64,000 bases of DNA from an uncultured Candidatus Rokubacteria bacterium (lineage in GTDB: Bacteria; Methylomirabilota; Methylomirabilia; Rokubacteriales; DASRDR01). This document shows, piece after piece, positions 52,747 through 62,113 of the stretch (within the stretch, counting starts at the first letter, position 1; each line of letters begins with the position of its first letter). The notes beneath the pieces are model-generated. The model saw nothing but the letters and a program-made list of their open reading frames with translations, was not told the origin of the DNA and made no database searches. The stretch spans positions 541,444 through 605,443 of the forward strand of contig CAWGVS010000010.1 in NCBI GenBank assembly GCA_963826115.1. The letters run 5' to 3'. A program made the position numbers and the translations under genes.

Positions 52747-53832
52747 TCAGAAGTTGAAGTGGGCCCCGATGCCGAGATACTCGACGGCCTCCTTGAAGAA
52801 CTGTCCCTCGAACGAGCGCCCTCTGTAGTACTCCACGAGAATCTGTAGATTCCGGCTGAGCACGCTCACGTTCTCGAACTGCAGACCGAAGCGCAGCGAG
52901 AGGTCCGCGTCCCAATCGTTCTCTTCGTGGGACTGGACATCGATCCCCGCGATGGGCCGCAGCCGGCCCTGCCACAGGGTCCATGGGCTCCTGAACTCGG
53001 CGCCGACCTGAACCAGACCACGACCGAGGTTCGAAGGGTCCACGTCGACCAGGTATCCGCCGCCGGCATAGGCGCGAAAGCCCAGAGGCAGGTCGTAGGA
53101 GAACTTGGCGTCCAGGCCCTCATAGCTCAGGTTGACGCGGTTCGGGCGGCTCGCTCGCAGGAGCAGCTCGTCGCCGAGATGCGAGCTCTGGTGGAAGAAC
53201 CTGCCGAGCGCCGAGACGTCGCCGAAGCGGTATCCCACGAAGCCCGCGACGAGGAAGTCGGTGTTGATGAGGTCGAACGACTGCGAGTCGAGATCGAAGA
53301 TCGAGAAGACGCCGCCCTGCACGCCCGCCTCCCACTGACCCCACTCGCCTTTCTCGCCGATATTGCTCCGGTACAGCGGGATGGTCTCGCCGAAGCTGAC
53401 GGCGACCGCCTGCGTCGAACCGGGGGTGCTGGGGTAATACCGGTAGGAGCCCGCGAAGTGGGGCCAGCGCGGGTCGGCGATGAGCGCCCTGAAGAGGTGC
53501 CCGGATGGCAGGAATCCCACCGTGGCCCCTTCCACCGCCGGCGCCGGACCCGTCGGAGCCTGTGGCCCCGCCTCCAGCATCTCGACGCGAGTGACCCCTT
53601 TGACCGCCGAGAGGGTGGTGACGATCTTCGATCGATCGGCGCGCGGAGAATCGCCTGCGTCGATGGTCACGATACCGTCCTTCACCGTCAAGGACCGTGG
53701 GTTGATGTTGAACTGCCGCTCCAGGATGGCGGCGATATAGCCGGCGGTGTACGCGTCGTCAGCGCCGAGGGCAGCGGGCGGAGCGAGGCACAGCAAGGCC
53801 AGTGCGAGCAGGCAAGCATGGCGGTATCTCAT
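52747..53832 (-). CDS. DUF1207-like outer-membrane protein with N-terminal BON-like segment
   Basis: Signal peptide; LIADPRWPHF, DLINTDF, HQSSHLGDE, C-terminal Phe. Confidence 0.82.
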   Translation of the reverse strand: MRYRHACLLALALLCLAPPAALGADDAYTAGYIAAILERQFNINPRSLTVKDGIVTIDAGDSPRADRSKIVTTLSAVKGVTRVEMLEAGPQAPTGPAPAVEGATVGFLPSGHLFRALIADPRWPHFAGSYRYYPSTPGSTQAVAVSFGETIPLYRSNIGEKGEWGQWEAGVQGGVFSIFDLDSQSFDLINTDFLVAGFVGYRFGDVSALGRFFHQSSHLGDELLLRASRPNRVNLSYEGLDAKFSYDLPLGFRAYAGGGYLVDVDPSNLGRGLVQVGAEFRSPWTLWQGRLRPIAGIDVQSHEENDWDADLSLRFGLQFENVSVLSRNLQILVEYYRGRSFEGQFFKEAVEYLGIGAHFNF

Positions 53833-54585
53833 GTGGTTTTCCCCGGCTAGGGTTGCCGACGTCCGTGAGGTCCACCAGTGTGACTCCTTCAGCAAACCGA
53901 TGCTCACCCGCGTCCCCGAGGGCTCCGCGAGCTCCTTAGTGAAGACTTACCAATGGCATGAAGCTTACTAATGGCGCGCTGCAGGTCACAAGTTTCTTCG
54001 GACAGCTGCTCGGGAGGGTCGTGAAGATCGGCCGATCCAGTCGCAATAGTGTATCTCGTGAGGATCTTTGCTCGTGAGAGTGTTTCACGGGGACGATGCG
54101 TAGTACGAGAGAACCCCCGGACAAGATGTCGACAAGCAGCCGACACGCTGCAAGGAGGTCGTGACCGGAGTTTCGTTGAACCTTGTGGGAGGCCGATTGT
54201 TCTCGCGCGGCCTGAGCACGCGCGATTGAGCTGGGCAGCCGTGAGCCAGGTTTCCGAGCGGCCCTGGCAGGAGTACGAAGCGTTCGCGACCCGCGATCTG
54301 AGTGAGTTCGTCGGCACCGACCGTGGAAGGGGAGCGGCTCCGCGCGGGGCAGGCCGTCAGGGAATTCCGGCCGTTCGGGTCGCGAACCCCGGCCCCGGGA
54401 AGTCTATCCAGCCTCTCGCTACGCGGCCAGGAGCCCCGAACTCCCGAGCAGAAGGGGGCCGAGCTATCGGGTCGGTCTGGTAGGGAACCCGTAGACTCCG
54501 CTCCACGCCACAGGATGACCCCTGACGCGATGAAGCGTGGTGCCGCGCCCCCGTCTAACCATCAGAACAGCCAAGGAGGCGCATC

Positions 54586-54771
54586 ATGTCGCACGCCAAA
54601 CTCCTCGTCCACCTGATGCTCGCGACCGTCTTGCTCGCAGGTTGCATCGTCGTGCCATTCCCCGTGCCAGTCGGTGGTGGTTACGGCCAGGGTGGCGGCC
54701 ACGGGGGCGGCTACGGCTATGGTTCCGGTCCATACGGACACTACCCGCCCGGACCCTACCGCCGATGGTAG
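54586..54771 (+). CDS. Small Gly/Tyr/Pro-rich lipoprotein
   Basis: RBS AAGGAGG; lipobox LAGC-IVVP. Confidence 0.8.
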   Translation: MSHAKLLVHLMLATVLLAGCIVVPFPVPVGGGYGQGGGHGGGYGYGSGPYGHYPPGPYRRW

Positions 54772-55012
54772 ACCGCCGCCCGTCCCCGGTGTGGTGCGGC
54801 GCGAATTCCGGGGGCGCCCGGCTCGTCTAACAACGGCGGAAGGCTCAGCCGGCCACTTGGCTCGCCCTCGTGGTTTCTGACGAGGGCGCTGTACCATCGC
54901 ATCCTGATCACCGTTACGCCGCAAGCGGTCACGATGAGAGCGTCGGCTACCGCTTCTCGTTATCCCGTCGGGGATTCCTGGGGCTGCTCTAAGCGGCTAG
55001 GACCCCCCTGAA

Positions 55013-55050
55013 CTCCCTAGTAAAGGTGGCCAAGCCCGTCGGGGACACCA
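55013..55050 (+). repeat. att-like site copy 2 ending in a tRNA-Glu-type 3' end
   Basis: CTCCCTAGTAAAGGTGGCCAAG-CCCGTCGGGGACACCA. Confidence 0.8.
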
Positions 55051-55163
55051 CCCGTTTTGAGACGGACGCGACTACCGTCCCTTCCGCAAGCCGGAGCACA
55101 TGACTACGCTCCTCGACAGCTCACGTAAGGCAGAGCTCGACATTGACGCTCGCGACACTTGTC

Positions 55164-55976
55164 TCAGAAGGCGAGGAAGTCTCTTAACGCGTCGAGCACA
55201 GCCTCGGGGTTGTCCTCGTGGAGGGTGTGTACCGCGCGAGGAATCTCGACCAGCCGCGCCCGCGGCAGCGTCTTCACCATCCGCTCGGCGACGTCGCGGT
55301 CGAGCACCATGCTATCCGTGCCGCGGAGCACGAGGGTCTCCGTCCTGATCGAGGGCAGGAGGCCCCACCAGTCGAAATCGCCGGGGCGCCGCTCCTTGAT
55401 GGAGGGATGCCATTTCCAGACGAGCCGGCCGTCGGGGCGGGCCTTGAGACTCGACGAGACGACCCAGCGGTAATAGTGGATACCGGGGTGCGGATTGCCG
55501 CGGAACAGATGCTGCGCCGCTTGCTCGATGCTCTCCCACGTCTCGGGCTCCGGCGGCCCCGACGACGGCTGCCCCGCCCTCTTGCTGATCTCCGGACCGA
55601 TGTCCACAACGACGAGCTTCCGGACCGCGTCCGGACGCTTGGCGGCGAAGTACATTCCGTTGCGCCCGCCCATGGACAGCCCGACGAGCACGAGCGGGGT
55701 CAGGCCCAGGCGGTCCACCACGCCCGTAATGTCGCCGAACGCGGCGACCGGACCGTACACGTCCGCCGGATCGCTATCGCCGTGGCCCCGCTGGTCGAGC
55801 GCCCAGACGTGGAAGTGCGGCTGAAGCGCGATCGCGAGCGTGTCCCACGCGTGGGCGTGCCCCGTAAAGCCGTGGAGCAGCAGCAGATGCGAGCGGCCCT
55901 CGCCGCCCCAGTCGAGGACGCGCAGCCTGAGACCGTTGACGGTGACGTCGCGCTCGTTCGGCCGCAAGAGGTTCAT
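55164..55976 (-). CDS. Alpha/beta hydrolase
   Basis: LLHGFTG, DQRGHGDS, GLSMGG, terminal HTLHEDNP. Confidence 0.92.
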   Translation of the reverse strand: MNLLRPNERDVTVNGLRLRVLDWGGEGRSHLLLLHGFTGHAHAWDTLAIALQPHFHVWALDQRGHGDSDPADVYGPVAAFGDITGVVDRLGLTPLVLVGLSMGGRNGMYFAAKRPDAVRKLVVVDIGPEISKRAGQPSSGPPEPETWESIEQAAQHLFRGNPHPGIHYYRWVVSSSLKARPDGRLVWKWHPSIKERRPGDFDWWGLLPSIRTETLVLRGTDSMVLDRDVAERMVKTLPRARLVEIPRAVHTLHEDNPEAVLDALRDFLAF

Positions 55977-56115
55977 GAGGTCACGATACTCTCAGTGCAG
56001 GTACGGGCGTGTCCCTCGTGCTCGGGCTCGGTAGGGTAGTGAGCCGAATCGTGACAACCGGCTCCCAGGTGCCGGAGGCGAGCCGGGAGCCGGTCGGCCG
56101 GGAAAGGGCGGGCGT

Positions 56116-56193
56116 CTAACTCCAGCGCGAGTAACCCCAGCCCCCACCACCAAGCAGGACCAGCACCAGTAGGATGATCACCCAAGTTTCCAT
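56116..56193 (-). CDS. 25-aa membrane microprotein (DUF3309-like; not in ORF track)
   Basis: METWVIILLVLVLLGGGGWGYSRWS; RBS AAGGAGGT; downstream hairpin. Confidence 0.8.
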   Translation of the reverse strand: METWVIILLVLVLLGGGGWGYSRWS

Positions 56194-56277
56194 GTGCTCC
56201 ACCTCCTTTTCCAGCCACCTGAGGTCTCGAGGCCGATGCGTCGCGGCCGAGACCGCCTCGTTTGATTCTCTGCTCGT

Positions 56278-56323
56278 ACTCTAGGACCGGGTCAGGGTGG
56301 CGCCAATTGGACCTTCGTCCAAT
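56278..56323 (-). promoter_or_regulatory. TTGGAC-N4-GTCCAA box (56306-56323) plus -10 TAGAGT (56278-56283)
   Basis: Perfect 7-4-7 palindrome, 22-bp spacer. Confidence 0.8.
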
Positions 56324-56808
56324 ATCGAGGCCGGTGCCCTGGCCGGGCTCGACGGGCACCGGCGATGCGCACAGATGTCCTTGAGCGTATCCATGACCTC
56401 CGTGCCCCGCAGAGACTGTCCTCCGCCCTTGGCGTCGGCGGCGAGGATGAGGTCGTTGATCGAGACGATGCCCTGAAGCTTCCCGTCCGAGGTGACCACG
56501 GGCAAGCGCCGCACCTGCGCCTCGCGCATGACTTGCAGGGCTTCCCGGACGTCGTCGTCGGCCCGGACGGCGTAGAGCGGTCCACTGACGACCTCGCTCA
56601 CGCGGATCTCGGCGGCGGGCCGAGGCTGGGAGATTGTGGCCATGCAGACGTCGCGGTCCGTGATCATGCCGTGCACCATTCCCGACACGGGGTCCACCAC
56701 GGGAATCGCGCCGCAGTCATGTCGCCACATGAGCGTTCCCACCGCGGCGAGAGTGCTGGACGGGTTGCAGGTCTGGGCGTTGACGGTCATTACATCGTGG
56801 ATCTTCAT
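56281..56808 (-). CDS. CBS-domain pair protein
   Basis: MWRHDCGAIPVV, GMITDRDV, QVRRLPVV, GIVSINDL. Confidence 0.9.
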   Translation of the reverse strand: MKIHDVMTVNAQTCNPSSTLAAVGTLMWRHDCGAIPVVDPVSGMVHGMITDRDVCMATISQPRPAAEIRVSEVVSGPLYAVRADDDVREALQVMREAQVRRLPVVTSDGKLQGIVSINDLILAADAKGGGQSLRGTEVMDTLKDICAHRRCPSSPARAPASILDEGPIGATLTRS

Positions 56809-56819
56809 GTTGGCTGTCC

Positions 56820-57143
56820 TTGTGAGCTGAGGGGCCGCTCCATCCGAACTCGGGCTCGACGGGCATCGTGTCGGCTCGTTGTGACCGAGCGTCGGCGACT
56901 AACGACGGTCGTGTTCTGACCATCGATTCGAGTCCGGCGGCTACCACCGGCGCCTCGTCTTCTGCCAAGGCGGACGCTCTCGCGGCGTGCTCGAGTTGAT
57001 CCACGCGCAGTGCCGTACCCGGGAGAGGTCTCCCCAATGCCGAGAGAGTGCGACGAAGCCGAGGGAGGCGCACGCGCCGGACGGCGCCGAGGAACCGGAA
57101 CACGACGATCGAGACTCCGAGAATCCAGGAGCGTGGTGTCCAT
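56820..57143 (-). pseudogene. Multiply frameshifted small membrane protein gene
   Basis: RBS GGGAG and MDTTLL, then ILGVSIVVF in another frame; lies just downstream of a box promoter. Confidence 0.35.
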
Positions 57144-57167
57144 CCGGTCGCTGTTCTCCCGTCGCTC

Positions 57168-57241
57168 ACTCTAGGCGCATGTACCCCGTTCGCATATGAG
57201 ACCTAGGTCCAATAGGCGCTGGCGTGCGAGGCGCATACCGT
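57168..57241. promoter_or_regulatory. Bidirectional promoter: box 57196-57213 with -10 TAGAGT (minus, 57168-57173) and TACCGT (plus, 57236-57241)
   Basis: ATGAGAC-CTAG-GTCCAAT with 22-bp spacers on both sides. Confidence 0.78.
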
Positions 57242-57331
57242 CGATACGGGACGAGTGAATAGCGGGGTCCTCGGGACTTCCCAGGATTGACGTCGCGGCC
57301 GTGGCGACGGACCCCCTGAAGGGAGGCCGGC

Positions 57332-57483
57332 GTGTTTCTGACTCTGTGTACCGTGTTGGTGGTGGCCTGGCTACTCGGGTGGACCGTGTTTCACGTCGCG
57401 GGTGGCCTGATTCACCTGCTCCTGATCGTGGCGGCCACTCGATGATCGCCCATCTTGTGCGCGGCCGCGGCGCCGGGGCCTAA
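57332..57483 (+). pseudogene. DUF5670 / lmo0937-like small membrane protein, one-base deletion near 57437
   Basis: VLVVAWLLGWTVFHVAGGLIHLLLIVA, then SMIAHLVRGRG in shifted frame; RBS GGGAGG. Confidence 0.78.
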
Positions 57484-57618
57484 GGCGAACACCGCGTCCA
57501 CCGTCACGGAATCGCTCACACCGCCGGCGGGCGATGACCGCCCGCTGGCTGAGTGACACAACGAATCGTCGAGGTCCGGCATGGCCGCAGGGGCCGTACG
57601 GGGCGATGAGGAGGACCG

Positions 57619-58419
57619 ATGGGATCGATGTTGCGGAGCGTGAGAGATCTTGGCGGCTTCACGATCGGCGCGACCGATGGTGACGTCGGGCAGGTGGCGA
57701 CGTGCTATTTCGACGACACGAGCTTCACGGTTCGGCATCTGGTGGTTGACACCGGAGGCTGGCTGTCTGGACGAAAGGTCCTCATCTCGCCGCGGGCCCT
57801 CCGGGACATCGACTGGGACGCCAAGCGGATCAACGCGGCCTTGACCAAGGTCCAGGTGATGCACAGCCCGGACATCGACACGGACCGGCCGGTCTCGCGT
57901 CAGCAGGAGATCGAGTACGACCGCTACTACGGGTACCCCAGTTACTGGACAGGACCGTACCTCTGGGGCGGCGATCCCGCTCCCGTCCTTTCGGACCGCA
58001 CGCCCGCCTCCTCCTTCGAGCAGGAGCAGCACTGGGAGTGGGGGTCTCAGGAGGCCGGAGATCCGCACCTCCGAAGCGTGGCCGTCGTGACCGGTTACCA
58101 CATCTCGGCCACAGATGGCGATATCGGGCACGTCGAGGACTTCCTGGTGGACGAGGCGACGTGGGCGATTCGCTACATGGTCGTTGACACGCGCAATTGG
58201 TGGTCTGGGAAGAAGGTGCTGGTGTCGCCGCGGTGGATCGCCGGCGTGGACTGGAACGCCTCCGCGGTGGAGGTCGAGATGAGTCGCGAGCAGATCAAGA
58301 ACAGCCCGGAATACGATCCATCGGCGCCCCTGCAGCGCGACTACGAGTCGCGTTTGCACGAGCACTATGGTCGCCCCGGGTACTGGTCCGGTTCGGATAC
58401 GGAGCGTGCCCGGCGGTAG
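57619..58419 (+). CDS. Tandem PRC-barrel domain protein
   Basis: Two ATDGD.G.V...FDD/VDE...VVDT..W..G.KVL.SP repeats. Confidence 0.9.
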   Translation: MGSMLRSVRDLGGFTIGATDGDVGQVATCYFDDTSFTVRHLVVDTGGWLSGRKVLISPRALRDIDWDAKRINAALTKVQVMHSPDIDTDRPVSRQQEIEYDRYYGYPSYWTGPYLWGGDPAPVLSDRTPASSFEQEQHWEWGSQEAGDPHLRSVAVVTGYHISATDGDIGHVEDFLVDEATWAIRYMVVDTRNWWSGKKVLVSPRWIAGVDWNASAVEVEMSREQIKNSPEYDPSAPLQRDYESRLHEHYGRPGYWSGSDTERARR

Positions 58420-58516
58420 GGGGCACACGGTCGTCAGGTGGGCCGATCCAACGTCACGGCCGCGAAGCGGCGACCGCGACAACGGAAACGAAGGCGATGT
58501 GACAAGGAGAGCGGAC

Positions 58517-58807
58517 ATGCGAACCAGTGAGGCTTTCATTTTAGGAACGATGGCGGGCGCCGCCATCGCGTGGTTCTGGGGAAGAGGGATTGCGGACTAC
58601 GTGGGGGAGCAGACGCGCGGCGTGCGCGTCGGGGCCGCCGACGGCATGCGGGCGGCGGACGAGACAGCGGGACGGGTTCTGGACCTCGGGGGGGACTCCC
58701 TGCGGCGCGCGGAGGAGTTCCTGCAAGACACCAAGGAGCATGTCAGTGACGCCCTCCGTGCGGGACAGGAGGCGATTCGTCCAGCGCCGAGAACCAGAGA
58801 CGCGTGA
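58517..58807 (+). CDS. YtxH-like membrane-anchored helical protein
   Basis: RBS AAGGAG; FILGTMAGAAIAWFW followed by amphipathic helix. Confidence 0.7.
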   Translation: MRTSEAFILGTMAGAAIAWFWGRGIADYVGEQTRGVRVGAADGMRAADETAGRVLDLGGDSLRRAEEFLQDTKEHVSDALRAGQEAIRPAPRTRDA

Positions 58808-58873
58808 CGAGGGCCGGGACCTGGTCCCGGTCGGATGACGCCCGGGTACGGGTAGACCGGAAGGAAGCGCTCG

Positions 58874-59674
58874 ATGCTATCGAAGCTGCTCGTTCTCGCC
58901 CTGATCGTGACGGCGGCCATCGTGCCATCGGTGGCCGCGGATCCGATCGCCGTTCGGTTGGCGGAGGCCGGCGCGCGGGGGTTCCTGATCCTGCGTGATG
59001 CGGGCACGGGCAAGGTCGTGGCGAAGGGCGAGCTCATCCAGGTCATCCGAGGCGATGGGATCGAGAGTCGGCTGATATTTCGCTTTGCCGACGAGTCGCT
59101 GAGCGACGAGACGGTCGTGTTCTCGCAGCGCTCGGTGTTCCGGCTGCTGAGCTACCGGCTGATTCAGCGCGGGCCGGCGTTTCCCGAATCGCTCGAGGTG
59201 TCCATGACGCGGGATCCGCCCGTGTACTCGGCGCGTACGCGGTCCCGCGAGGGCAAGGAGGCCAGCAGCCGAGGAGCGCTGGACGTGCCGGCGGACCTCG
59301 CCAACGGAATGCTGGGACTCGTCCTCCGGAATCTGCCGACCGGTCGTTCCGAAAGCGTGCAGATCGTCGCCTTCACCCCGGAGCCGCGCTTCCTGGACGT
59401 CCTCCTGAGCCCGGCGACGGCGGTTCCCGTTCTCGCGGGAGGTGTTCAACGCTCGGCCGGCCTGTTCGTGCTGAAGCCGAAGCTCCGAGGCATTGCTCGG
59501 CTCGTCGCGCCGCTGATCGGCAAGGAGCCGCCGACGCTGCGGTACTGGATCCTCGGGGGCGAGGTGCCGGCCTTCCTCCGATTCGAGGGGTCCATGTTCC
59601 TGAACGGCCCCGTGTGGCGTGTCGACCTCACGGGCGCCGAGTGGCCTGGGCAGACCGTCACCCAAGGGCCGTGA
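58874..59674 (+). CDS. Exported hypothetical protein
   Basis: Signal peptide; biased codons; DLANG, VAFTPEPR, PAFLRFEG. Confidence 0.8.
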   Translation: MLSKLLVLALIVTAAIVPSVAADPIAVRLAEAGARGFLILRDAGTGKVVAKGELIQVIRGDGIESRLIFRFADESLSDETVVFSQRSVFRLLSYRLIQRGPAFPESLEVSMTRDPPVYSARTRSREGKEASSRGALDVPADLANGMLGLVLRNLPTGRSESVQIVAFTPEPRFLDVLLSPATAVPVLAGGVQRSAGLFVLKPKLRGIARLVAPLIGKEPPTLRYWILGGEVPAFLRFEGSMFLNGPVWRVDLTGAEWPGQTVTQGP

Positions 59675-59963
59675 GGCACGGCCGGGCACCTGGACCGGCG
59701 GGTGCCCACACCGGTCCCGCTGCCGTGGCCGGGTCGACGTCCGAAGTTCGGACGCATCTCAGCGACGCCCGGAGGTTTCTGTGGCGAGCCAATGAAGAGG
59801 GCGGGGTCGGACTGTCTGCTCTCGGCGCGACCGGGGGTCGTCTCTCACGCGAGCGGGGCGGTGTCCCGGTGAGCCCCCGCTGCGGGTCGACGGTGCGATG
59901 TCCCAGCGAGTTATTGATTCGAGCTCTACCAGCGCGGATGACACGGATGAAAGGGAGTGCGTG

Positions 59964-60551
59964 ATGAGCGCGAGGAACGCGACCAAGACGCCAACCCGAC
60001 CATTCCTGAGCGATATCAAGGAGATCCGACGCCGAGCGCGGGCGCACATGGACCAGGGGGCCGTGACCGACGGGTATCGGGCAGACCGCGAGACGGTCGT
60101 GCGCCTCCTCAACGAAGCGCTGGCGACCGAGATCGTCTGCGTGCTGCGGTACCGACGCCACCACTACATGGCGAACGGCATCCATGCAACCGCGGTCGCC
60201 GCGGAGTTCATGAAGCACTCCCAGGAGGAACAGGGCCACGCCGACCAGATCGCCGAGCGCATCGTGCAGCTCGGCGGCGCGCCCGACTTCGACCCGGCCG
60301 GTCTCAGCACGCGCAGCCACTCGGAATACGTCGCGGCGGACGAGCTTGCGGAGATGATCCGCGAGAATCTCGTCGCGGAGCGCGTCGCCATCGAGTCCTA
60401 CGGTGAGATCATCCGATACCTCGGGGAAGGCGACCCGACGAGCCGTCGCTTGATGGAGGAGATCCTGGCCGTCGAGGAGGAGCACGCCGACGACATGAAG
60501 ACGCTCCTGGAGGCGCTGGGACCACCGAGCAAGAGTGAGAAGACCCGGTAA
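59964..60551 (+). CDS. Ferritin-like / bacterioferritin protein
   Basis: LNEALATE, EEQGHAD, LVAERVAIESY, EEEHAD ferroxidase motifs. Confidence 0.92.
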   Translation: MSARNATKTPTRPFLSDIKEIRRRARAHMDQGAVTDGYRADRETVVRLLNEALATEIVCVLRYRRHHYMANGIHATAVAAEFMKHSQEEQGHADQIAERIVQLGGAPDFDPAGLSTRSHSEYVAADELAEMIRENLVAERVAIESYGEIIRYLGEGDPTSRRLMEEILAVEEEHADDMKTLLEALGPPSKSEKTR

Positions 60552-60598
60552 CGGCGCGCGCAGCCCGCAGGGCGAACGAGCGCCGTCCACGACTGGGG

Positions 60599-60644
60599 AT
60601 TGGACGAAGGTCCAATAGCTGCCGGTCCATCCGGTTGCTACCGT
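60599..60644 (+). promoter_or_regulatory. TTGGAC-N4-GTCCAA box (60599-60616) plus -10 TACCGT (60639-60644)
   Basis: ATTGGACGAAGGTCCAAT, the exact reverse complement of 56306-56323; 22-bp spacer. Confidence 0.8.
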
Positions 60645-60786
60645 GAGCTTCAGAGGTCGGGGGTCACCGAGGCATCCCGGCGAGATGGTCTCGGTCGCTC
60701 GATACCGAGATACGAGGCGGCGCGGCGGCGAGGGTGCCGGCGCGCACACCGATATCACCACACGGTCCACACACAGGGAGAAAAGC

Positions 60787-61833
60787 ATGAATCGAACATC
60801 GTGGCTCAAGTCTGGCGTGCTCGCGGTGGCGCTGGGCGCGGCGCTGGCCGCGCCGGTCGGGGCGGCCGCACCGGACGCCTGGATCACCACAAAAGCGAAG
60901 CTGGCCCTCCTGACCACGGAGGGCGTCAGCGGGACGGCGATCCACGTGGACACCGTTCTCGGCCGAGTCACCCTGCACGGCAAGGTGCCCTCCGCCGCGG
61001 AGAAGGCGCAGGCCGAGAGCGTCACGCAGAAGATCGACGGCGTGCAGAGCGTGCGCAACCTGCTCCAGGTGGTGGCCCCGCAGCACGTGCAGGCGATGCA
61101 GGTGACCGACGACGCCCTCAAGGCGCGGATCGAGACGGCGCTGCGGGCCGATCCGTCCCTCCGGGACAGCGGGATCTCCGTCCAATCGGTGAACAAGGGG
61201 GTCGTGCTGCTGACGGGCACGGCGAAGAGCCTGAGCGCTCACTTGCGCGCGGTCGAGATGGTGGCCGCGACGCCGGGCGTGCAGCGGGTGGCCAGTGAGG
61301 TCCAGAGCCCGGATACGCTGGCGGATGCCGAGATCTGGCGTGCCGCCACCCCGAAGCCCGCCACGAGCAAGGAGTACGGAGTCGGGGACGCGGCCAGCGA
61401 CACGTGGATCACCTCGGCGACCAAGATGCGCTTGCTGGCGGACTCGAGAACGCCGGCGCTCGACATCAACGTGGACACCCGGGCGGGGATCGTGACGCTC
61501 TTCGGCATCGTGCCGACGCAGGACGCGAAGGCCGCGGCTGCGGAGGACGCCCGCAAGGTGAGCGGCGTCACGCGCGTCGTGAACGAGCTGCAGGTCGTGG
61601 CGACCTCGAAGCAGGCGGCAGTGAAGGTGCGCGACGAAGAAATGCAGGGCGCCGTGAAGAAGGCCTTTGACACCCAGGACTTCAAGGACGTCACGGTGAA
61701 GGTGAAGAACGGCGTCGTGCGGCTGACCGGTACCGTTCCCACGGGAACGCGGCGGCTGGAAGCGGCGGTGCTCGCGCGCTCGATCCAGGGCGTGCGCGCC
61801 GTCGAGGACGATCTGCGCGTCGTGGCAGCCTAG
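60787..61833 (+). CDS. Secreted protein with four BON domains (OsmY-like)
   Basis: Signal peptide; four D..I...K...V...G.V.L.G...GV..V...L units. Confidence 0.92.
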   Translation: MNRTSWLKSGVLAVALGAALAAPVGAAAPDAWITTKAKLALLTTEGVSGTAIHVDTVLGRVTLHGKVPSAAEKAQAESVTQKIDGVQSVRNLLQVVAPQHVQAMQVTDDALKARIETALRADPSLRDSGISVQSVNKGVVLLTGTAKSLSAHLRAVEMVAATPGVQRVASEVQSPDTLADAEIWRAATPKPATSKEYGVGDAASDTWITSATKMRLLADSRTPALDINVDTRAGIVTLFGIVPTQDAKAAAAEDARKVSGVTRVVNELQVVATSKQAAVKVRDEEMQGAVKKAFDTQDFKDVTVKVKNGVVRLTGTVPTGTRRLEAAVLARSIQGVRAVEDDLRVVAA

Positions 61834-61921
61834 GCGAGACCCTTCGACACGACGCTGCCACACCACACGCCCCGCGACGATCGCAGGCCGCGGTCGTCGC
61901 GGGGCGACGAGGAGGACGGCA

Positions 61922-62113
61922 ATGGGCGGAAAGCTCGACCAAGCAAGAGGTCGCATCAAGGAGGCGGCGGGGGTGTTGACCGGTGACGACCGTCTCAAGA
62001 GAGCCGGGAAGGCGGATCAGGTGGCGGGGAAGGTGAAGGGAACGGTGGAGCGGGTGGTGGATACCGTCAAGGACGCTCTGACCGGCAACAGGCCCAACCG
62101 CCCGGCCCGGTGA
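61922..62113 (+). CDS. CsbD family general stress protein
   Basis: GRIKEAAGVLTGDDRLKRAGKADQVAGKVK; RBS GAGGAGG. Confidence 0.9.
   Translation: MGGKLDQARGRIKEAAGVLTGDDRLKRAGKADQVAGKVKGTVERVVDTVKDALTGNRPNRPAR

Larger units (their letters stand above)
52174..55050. mobile_element. Reduced integrative element between two att-like repeats
   Basis: Flanked by 38-bp direct repeats; recombinase-tail remnant at left edge; cargo genes inside. Confidence 0.55.

Noticed and set aside
53954-53969. TGGCATGAAGCTTACT as a sigma54 promoter
   Set aside because: The -12 GC is replaced by AC and the nearest plus-strand gene is more than 600 bp away
54975-55050. Complete tRNA-Glu gene (TCTAAGCGGCTAGGAC resembles a D-arm)
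   Set aside because: No GTCCCCG 5' acceptor strand, no TTCGA T-loop and no anticodon arm; treated as an att scar
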